Positions 15,308 through 24,900 of a stretch of DNA of 64,000 bases are shown here, one piece after another. Under the pieces are notes generated by a model. It was given only the letters and a program-made list of their open reading frames with translations. It did no database searches and was not told where the DNA came from. The stretch lies in NCBI RefSeq assembly GCF_009914755.1, contig NC_060942.1; one strand, given 5' to 3'. The DNA comes from the human T2T-CHM13v2.0 reference genome, Homo sapiens. The position numbers and the translations under genes were made by a program. Each line of letters begins with the position of its first letter. Position 1 is the stretch's first letter.

Positions 15308-15687
15308 TGTCTTAGTCTGTTAAGGCTCCAGTAACAACCACAACAACAAAATACCGTGACTTAGTGCTTATAAACAATAGAAGTTTATTTCTGACAGTTC
15401 TGGAGGCTGGGAAGTCTAAGATTAAGGTGCCAGCGGATTCAGCGTCAGGCGATAGTCTGTGTCCTGGTTCACAGAGAAGACTTTCTCACTGTGTCCTCCC
15501 GTGGTAGAAGGGGCAAGAGGTCTCTCTCAGGCTTATTTTATAAGGGCACTAACCCTATTCCTGAGGGCTCCAACTTTATGGCCCAATCACCTCCCAAAGG
15601 CCCCACCTCTTAGTACCATCACCTTGGATGTTAGGATTGTAACATATGAATTTTTGGGGGGACATAAACATTCAGACACCGTAGCAG
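15308..15687 (-). mobile_element. MLT1A-like MaLR solo LTR
   Basis: TGTCTTAGTC...TTTATTTCTGACAGTTCTGGAGGCTGGGAAGTC...GGGGACATAAACATTCAGAC..TAGCA; explains most of ORF 15459-15980. Confidence 0.85.
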
Positions 15688-15955
15688 ACCGTCCACATAA
15701 GATGCTGCCTGCAGAACACATTGAACAGGAAATGCAGTGCCCGAAGGCCAGGAAACAAAATATACAAGCCAGTGCTTTGAGAAACATAGGAAAGCATCTG
15801 AGCAGCACCCTGGGTGCCAGTCTTGGGGGAATGTCAGTCCACTGCAAAGGGATTCTCAACCTCTGGCCAGAATATCCAGTAGGATGGATTCTGAGGGCGA
15901 CTGCCCCATCTGGGCCTCTGCTCCTTCCTGGCCTTTCCCCAGTTTTTCCTGTTGA

Positions 15956-16304
<349 letters not shown>

Positions 16305-17385
16305 ATTTCAAGTGATTATAACACACGTTCTCATGTTTTAGCATTATGATTTGTAATACTGTATTTAACCTTTACAGGTCACTTTTCTGAGACACCGAAC
16401 CTGTCTGTGAAGTGTACAGATTCCCTGAAAGCGTCAAGAAGCCATTTGTCCTCATTGTCCCAAACATTCATTGTATCCATGGCTCCAAAAAGAATCAGTC
16501 AGGAATACTACAGAGGCCTGGTTGCTGCCTTCTAGGAACTTGTAGGCTAAGGGAGAGGTCGTGACACATAATGGCCTTGACTGCATATGTCAGCCCAGGC
16601 ATGGATACTCACTTCTGCTAAATCAAAGAGACTCTGCATATACTAACATGTCTACAAGCCTGAAGTCCTATTGTAACATTGGGCTTCTTCCCCCACCCTC
16701 ATCCCCTGTCTTGTACTAGCTTCCAATTTCAAACTAGCCAAATGAGAATTGGCTAAACCAATTTTTCTAGTCTTTCTCTCCCTTGGTCTTCTGTTTGTTT
16801 TGTTCTAATTTTTCAAAAGTCTGGACGAAAGGAATTTGGGTTGGGATGATACCATCATTCTGTCACTTCTAAATTCATTCTGTTAACAATTTTTAGAGTC
16901 ACATGGGTAGAAGCTTTGATTTTGAAAAACTATGCACTTTTAAGTTTTGACTCCAGAAGGTAATTTCAACTCAGCTGTAAACAATTCGAGAGGGTGAATA
17001 TGAAAGAGGAACTGCCTCACCAGGCTTCCCCCACCCTGGCGTCTGGAGTCCTCCCTGCCTTCGTGGCACCTGATTTCAGAGATAAAGAATTTCAAGGATA
17101 TGCTAGAGCAGGGAGGATGTAAAAGGGAAAGACAACTGCAGTTAGCTCAAAACCAGACTGTGTGAAACAGCCCTGCTGCTTTGTCCTTTCTCCCATCCCC
17201 CACTCACTCACTGATGCCTTCCATCACCCGGAGATTACAGGGAAGGCTGGTTATTGACAGCTGGGCAGTTTGCACAATAAAGTTTAACGGTTTACATCTC
17301 TTTGTGCAACTTTGTCAATGTTTTCCATGGATCACCTTCTCAGGTGAGCCCACTGACTCCTCTCCTTCTTCTCTTTCCCTTCAAG

Positions 17386-17672
17386 CGTGCAAACGCAAAG
17401 AGCAAGAACCAAACAAAGACAGGAACAATTCCCAGAAGAAGTCCCGCCTGGTGTTCACTGACCTCCAACGCCGAACACTCTTTGCCATCTTCAAGGAGAA
17501 CAAACGCCCGTCAAAGGAGATGCAGATCACCATTTCCCAGCAGCTGGGCCTGGAGCTCACAACCGTCAGCAACTTCTTCATGAACGCCCGGCGCCGCAGC
17601 CTGGAGAAGTGGCAAGACGATCTGAGCACAGGGGGCTCCTCGTCCACCTCCAGCACGTGTACCAAAGCATGA
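17386..17672 (+). CDS. ONECUT2: ONECUT2 terminal coding exon (linker, homeodomain, C-terminus); 5'-partial, phase-1 intron
   Basis: Translates (A)CKRKEQEPNKDRNNSQKKSRLVFTDLQRRTLFAIFKENKRPSKEMQITISQQLGLELTTVSNFFMNARRRSLEKWQDDLSTGGSSSTSSTCTKA*. This is a ONECUT homeodomain (NFFMNARRR) with linker and tail recognised as ONECUT2. Branch point CACTGAC 17351-17357, pyrimidine tract 17358-17382, AG 17384-17385, TGA 17670-17672. Confidence 0.96.
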
Positions 17673-17786
17673 TGGAAGGACTCTCACTTGGGCACAAGTC
17701 ACCTCCAAATGAGGACAACAGATACCAAAAGAAAACAAAGGAAAAGACACTGGATTCCTAACTGGGGCCCTTCACTGGTGATTTGA

Positions 17787-18562
17787 AAGCACAATTCTCT
17801 TGCAAAGAAACTTATATTCTAGCTGTAATCATAGGCCAGGTGTTCTTCTTTTGTTTTTAATGGCTATGGAGTCCAAGTGCAAGCTGAAAAATTAATCTCT
17901 TAGAACCAGACACTGTTCTCTGAGCATGCTAAGCATCCCAGAAACCCAAATGGGGCCTTCCTGGAGCGAGTTAATTCCAATATGGTGTCAACCAAGCTCG
18001 GGATTGCTTAAAATATCATCCATCCCACTTCAGGTCCTGTCAGCTTCTTGCAGTCAGAGTTCCTATGAGTAACAATAGGAGTTTGGCCTATGTAAGGACT
18101 CTGAGTTTAGGCTTCCAAGATACAACAATAAGAGAAGAATCTAGCAACGAGAATGACCTCATTTGCTTTCCACATGCTTAGCCTCATTATACCATGTTAT
18201 GTCCAAGTTCACAGCCATAACATAAAAAACATCAGAATGGTAATTACTGAGCACAAGTTTTAAATATGGACGTTAAAAAAAAAAAATCCAAGGACCTGTT
18301 TTTCCAACCCAGACATCTTTTCATTGAATGATTTAGAAAGCTTTAAGTTGATCCAGCTTACAATTTTTTTTTCTTTACCTCCTGGAAATCTCATATGGTC
18401 TTGGATCCGTCAAAAAAACCAGTCAGTTCACTTGCGCTCAAAGTATCAAGCACAACAAAGATAAACAGAAGTAAGGAAGGTTCTGGGTTCACTACATCTG
18501 GATTTTCAAGACACCTATTGTGAAGTCATTAGGGAATTGATGAGAATATGGCTTCAAGCACA
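17787..18562 (+). promoter_or_regulatory. miR-218-5p seed-match cluster
   Basis: AAGCACAA at 17787 and 18448, AGCACAA at 18250, AAGCACA at 18556. Confidence 0.7.
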
Positions 18563-18952
18563 TTTTGCAGTTTGCTACAAATTCTGTTGTACATAATGCA
18601 GACGCACACTCAGGAGGCCAATTTAACTGTTAACAGTGCATGGAGCGAATGCAGCATTTTAAAAGATCTAGGTTTTTTTAGATCATTAATGTGTCCTTGG
18701 TTGATCAGTCATCTGGTCCCTCCTACTGTGTGTTATGACCACCACGTAATCCATTCTCACTCTTTCTGATTTGGGGTTTTTCCTCATCCATCCCATTAGT
18801 AGGGATGTTTTCTGTGTTTTCTAGCAAGAAAAAAAAATCAGTCAATCAAACCTGCATACATGTTACTCATGACTGTCATCTAGTCCTAAATCTCTTCTGT
18901 TGTTGAATCATCCTTGCAAAACAGCTGAATACATCTGGAGAAAACACAGCAC

Positions 18953-21900
18953 ACCAAAGAAGCAGAATACTGCAAACCAAAGACATTTATGACTTGTCAT
19001 TTTCTAGCCTAAAAATACTGTGATTACTTTTAGAAATCAGAAAACCTCTGCAACTCCGAATGGCATTCAGCTCTTGCATTTGGCGCATCATCGGGCTGAG
19101 CGGACCAGCTACACCAAGGACATTAGCCAAGCCACCCAGAGGGGTGGCTTTGCCACACCAGTTGTCACCTTCCCATAGCAAGTGGAAGAGCGCCCACAGA
19201 ACTCTGGGAGATTGCAAAGGTCACAATGTGCGTATTTACCAGTGAATGGCCCCGGGTGGGGCCACGTGGGGGTGTTCAAAGCAAGCCAAACGCTGCAATG
19301 ATTCTTTACAGACACTTGAGACTGACTTTTTTATGAATTACTTAGTCGAAACCAAAGAAACTTTTTCTGCACCTACTTCTGCAACAAACAAAACTGTCCC
19401 ATTAAAATGAATAAATAAATCCGTAAATCAATGGAAATCACCACCAATAAGAAGGAAGCACGCCAGAAAATAAACGAAAACAAAAACAGGGAGACACACT
19501 GTGTTCAAACAGACCTCTTGGGACATTTTTTGGAAGCAGATTTTAAAGAAAGGGTTGAGACAAAGATAGAAATAAGGAAGAGCCTCAGTGGCTGCTGCTT
19601 CATTTGACAACTCACACGGTAATCTTAAAGTTGAAGATTGTCTTTAATTTGTGCCTATGCAGTTTTTCAAAAGAACACGGAACAGAGCAACAGAAACCTC
19701 AACAGCTACAATACCAAAGATGAGGATTTCTCACACCTTTTGTTTCAGTTCATTATCTCCTCTTGCCTGGCTAAAATACTAATAGCGCCATTGATCTCTA
19801 TAAAGGTAATCAATTATGTTTCTCTGAGCAACAAAAGGAAAGGGCCATTTATTTGATTTTATTGTTTCATTTCAATTTTGTCTTATGGTTTTTTGCCCCA
19901 ACATGGAATCTCTCAAAAGTTTCCATGGACTCCAAGTTTAAGATGTTGGGATATTGAACAGTTCTCTCTGCTCAGCAGAGGGTAGGGAATAACATTATCA
20001 CTTGAATGTTCTTTGCTTAACCCTTAGACTTGGTTCCTTCTATGTTCAGAGTCTCATCATCAGGGGAAGGAAAGGGAGTGAGGGTCAGGGATAGGGGTCT
20101 TGGTGATGCATCCTCTCCCGAGCCACAGAACCAAAGAGTTTATAGAGGAATTTACAGCCTCGTTTTCATGTGATTGCTACATCCTAACAGGGCTTCATTT
20201 GGGGGTGGGGGGAAACATGTAAAAATAATTGCCAGTTTCTACTTTTCTATTAGCTTTTTAAAAATCAGCTGTAAAGTTGCATTTCTAAAGAAAGATATAT
20301 ATAATATATAAAATACATATATAGATCAACTTGACATTGGTGATAACCAAAATTATTGCTGTCCAAATTCATGTCTTGTTTTGGTCCAGTGCTTCATTTG
20401 CTAAGTGTTCGGTTCAGAATTTTTCTCATTTCTCATGCCATTCCAGAGTTAATTTGCCACTGTGGATGATTTGAAGTATTCAGATCTCTATGGAAGTTTC
20501 TGGGACAGGTTTAAAGTCAAGATCAAGCATTTTAGCATTTAACCTGTTGATAAATGGATCCATGGTGTAAATGAGTTTTATTTGTATTCGGAGTCATCTC
20601 TATTCTATCCTTCAGCCTCGATTAAGGTGGTGAGTGAAGTGCATCCAACAGACTCGGCCCAGAACTGGGTCCTGACAGTGGGGTGCTCATCTTCTGTAAC
20701 TGTTGGGAAGGCTCGGTGGTCCATTTTCACCAGTTAAAGAATATGAGGCCAGCCCAGAAATCTGTTCTCCAGGAGCTGCCCTGTCCCATCTGGGTGTGCC
20801 AGACCCCCTCAGTGAGCAGGTCCACCAAAGGGACTTCTCACAGGGGAAGCCCAACTCCTGTTGCAATGGGTTGATAGATTTCCTCAGGGTGGTAATTACC
20901 AATTCGTATTTTGACAAGCCTATGTGCAACCACAGCTGGCACTGGGGTGGGCAGTGGTGTTGGGTGGGATGGGGGAGAGTGTCTCAATCCTGAAGAGAAA
21001 ATATAAAGCAGGTTTTGGGGAGACTTCTGGAGTCCTGCCCCTAGAGAGCCCCATTGTTGTTCTTTGTGCCCCCTCCTCATTCCCCCTATGTGGGTCTCCC
21101 TATGCAGGAGCTGTGAGAGAATGTGACTCTCCACAATTTTTATAATTCATCCTTCCTAGGAGATTGTTCATTGGCTCTTCCCTTGTGTCCCTTTGTCCCT
21201 TGCTCATACTCCATGTTTCCTTTGTCAAAGGACTAAGAAAAGAGCATATTTCAGCAGAGGAGTGTTCCCATGTGGGTTGATTTCAACTTGGGTATTTCTA
21301 AAAGAGTCCTTGTGACATGTGTCCAGTGGAAATGGTTGCTCTTTTCCAGACTGGATTGAGGAATGGAGCCTGTTTGATTTGGTTAGTGATTCTTTGACAT
21401 ACTAATCTCAGCGTTTGGGTCTCCAGCATCCTCTGAAGATGTCTAGACTAGTAGAGGCTGCCTTTGTGACCTGACATTACAACATTGGTCAAACCAGTCC
21501 TCTGATAATCAGAAGAACATGTCATAATTGTTTAAAAAAAAAAAAAAGGCAAGAATTTCTCTCCAAGGAGCTTTAATAAATGTCTCATTCCAGATAATGT
21601 CATACCAGAGAAAAGTGCTTGCTTTTAGAAAATTATTTACATACATATATAAATATATATGTGTATCTATACAGTTATGTATCAAAATTTTAAGCCCTGC
21701 AGAATTTCAATTTGTTAGAAATCTAACAGAAAAAAATTTCTATATTGAAAGGTAATAGAATTTAACCCAGTGAGTTTACTCAAGGATTTTTAAATTTAAG
21801 TTAATAATTTCAGAGAAAATAACCATTTGGGTGTGGTTATAGTTTAGTATCCATTACCTCAATCCAAGGAAAATTCCAGGCATTCCTCAACCATCAGGAA

Positions 21901-24900
21901 AAGGTACAGTGTGAAGGAACAGTTCTCAGCCAAATTTCACATTCTTGAGGCAACAGAAATCAAAACACTCAGAGCCATTGAGTGGAAAAACAATTTACTT
22001 TATTCCTTTACACAAATAGGCTTGCATTGTTTTTGTTTTAATGTGATTTTGGTACTAGGGATATAATTATTTCATTCCAGGAAATAATAAAAAAAAAACA
22101 GACAGAGCCAATACATTTCTTTTTTTAAAGGAAACAGCAACAACAATAAAAACTCAACACCAATATTTAAAAGCTTTTCCAAAATGTAAAAGAAGTGTTT
22201 AGCTTGCACCATGCATAAAGGTGCAGGCTAGTTGAACCAGGAAGCATGGCACTTCCTCTGGAGAAATCCAGAAAGAGTTGCTTCTAAGCTCCCTTTTCCC
22301 CCTGCAGGCTCTTGGCAATTGTAGGCTTTAGCAAATCCAGAATAATTTTCAATTCAAGCTAAAATAAAATCAACATTTGGAATGTAAATCTGATACACAC
22401 ACACTTTTCTAAGTCAAACAACATATTTCAAAACCAAAAATAAATACCTTTTAGATAATCAGTTATTTTCTTTGTCTATACTGGGCACCCACCTACTAGT
22501 GCCAGTAAATTCAAGTTGAACAGATTTTTAAAATCACTATTATCTGGGTATGGGGGAAACTTCCCCACTTTTGAAAATGTTGGTAGAATTATAGGAATGT
22601 CTGTTTGATTATCATTACCAAAGTGTCATGACAGTATGCCTTTGTAGTGAACTCGGATTTTCAGGAGTTTGAATAGTTGGATATTTTAAAATCTAAGAAG
22701 AAAAGGCCTGTTTCCAATGTTGTTGAAGAATAATGGACTCTATTAAAAAGTGGAGAAAAAGATAATACATGTGGTCAAGGTTGACCACAAGGCCCAGGCA
22801 CAACTACCTTGGCGATAATCTTCTAGATTCGTAACAGGTTAGAGCTGACTTTTTGTTTTTGTTGTTGCTGATGCTGTGTGATTCAGACTTCTCAGCCTAA
22901 CCAGGAAGAGTAAGTGGAAATGGTAGATGAAGAAGGGGTAGAGCTGGTGTATCTATAACTTTCTGATATTTGTCTGCCAAACTTGATATATTAGTAATTT
23001 TTTTATCTTTAGCTAAGATCAAGTCACCCCTGAAACAACAGGAGATTCTAGTTTTAAAATAAGGCCACAAAAATCCTTATGGAATGAAGAATGGCACCCC
23101 AGTTGGTTGTATAAGTCTCATAAGATAATGATGTTGATTTTAAATATGGATGTCTCAATGCCTGTTTTCTATCAATGATTTGTTTGTTTCCAAGGTCGGG
23201 GAGGGAAAGAGGGGAGGGTTTATCTGTTTTAGAAAGTCTCAGAATACTTATAAAATACAGAAGTAGTTATTAAAATATATAGGACCTCACATAGGTAGAT
23301 ACAGAACTTACCATTGAGGCTGATGGGCTGTTGTGTGAATCACACAGGACCTTAAATGAGGCTCATTATTCTCACACACCAAAATGACTCTGACAGCCTG
23401 AAGCAGTTATTGCTAGAGCCCAAGCTTTCCTTAGAGGTTTTGGAGTTAGGTTGATTGGAAGTAACCAGCTAATACCTTTTCTAGTGGAGAAAAACACATT
23501 GCTACCAGCTTGTTCATCCCATAGAAGTCTTCCACTCTGCTCCATTTTTAGCAGCAAGCATTTCATGTAGCATAAACCTTGGCAGATAAGTGTGCCTAAG
23601 GTTTATACAGTCTGTCCGCTTGGATGTATACAAATTTAGATACATATTTTAACATGTGTTCTCATAGATGACTTTATAACAACACACATTACCTATAGGT
23701 GTCTAGACTGTGTACATACAAGTGTGTACAGACAAGCTTCATACGTATATACTGTAATCCGTTACAACAAATAAATTTTAAATCATCGTTTAACATGTAT
23801 GTGGTACTTCTACAGTGTACATTGTTTTCATTATTTATTGTAACATTGAAAACCACAGTGCAGGGAAAACAAAAGTATCCCAGCATCTTCATCCTGTACA
23901 CTTGGAATTAATTTCATTTGGGCATATCCAAGATAAACTCAACTTTCAAGAAATCTTGTATATTATTTAATCATCTGTGTTAGGATGACACCTATGCTTG
24001 ATGACTTCGGTTGAATAGCTTTATTCTGGATTTTTCATAACTAAAGCTAAATCCAAAGACCTGAAAAAGGACAAAAAGAAAAAAAAAAAAAGAAAAAACA
24101 AAGAAAAAGAAGAAAAAATAATAAAGTCAAGCGCAAACCGATGGGGAGACAGTGGGCTCTGGTTTCCAGGATTGAGACAATGGTACTGCGGTCTTGGGGA
24201 GACTGCGTTAGCTAGTGGGGAGTGGTGATTTTTTTCATGCTTGTCACATCTAAATGGTCTTTAACATGAGAAAGTTTTAGAGGTTATAATTTCCTGCTTT
24301 GTTTTTATTTAGACTATCAAATGAAGTTATACATGTTGTCAGTCAAAAAATGAAGACACCCTCTGCCCCACCCCACAGAATGCTTTTTATCTTGTCTCTT
24401 TGGGTTATGACCCAACAAGCTAAGTACCATTAATGTAATTAACTTATTTAAATTAGTTCCTAGTACATAAATGTATAGGATTTGGGTAATTATTTAATCA
24501 TCCTTCCTTAGTTTGATTCTACTCCTTGTACTTATTTATCAAAACCTAGACCAATGGTGCATCAGAGATGCAAAATTCTACTTGGAATACTCTTGAAGTT
24601 TAGTTTGCTTTATAAAGCAGTGAAATTCTGTTACAGACAGGGAAGAAATACAGGTTACAAAAAGAGAATTTGGGATATTCTTCCCTCTTAAATTAACTTT
24701 TAAAATAGTCTAAGTAACCATTTTTAAATTATTTAACTTAAGTTCGCAGCCCCACCTGGTACCAGGCGAACTTCACCTCTTAATTATTGTGGCCCTCGGA
24801 GCCTTCATATTGTAACTTATTTATTTAACTTATTCAGCATCTGTGAAAGGTGCACTGTATAGTTTATATTTTTAATTTAAAACAACAGAGAGCACTGCAG

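Noticed and set aside
17181-17343. N-terminal part of the 163-aa ORF 17181-17672
   Set aside because: Non-ATG start and intronic read-through; the recognisable ONECUT2 sequence begins at the 17386 acceptor.
17670-17700. Stop-codon readthrough of ONECUT2
   Set aside because: Context is TGA TGG, not the TGA CTAG readthrough motif.
20342-20352. GATAACCAAAA as a miR-9 site
   Set aside because: Matches miR-9 nt 3-12 but mismatches seed position 2, so it was not counted as canonical.
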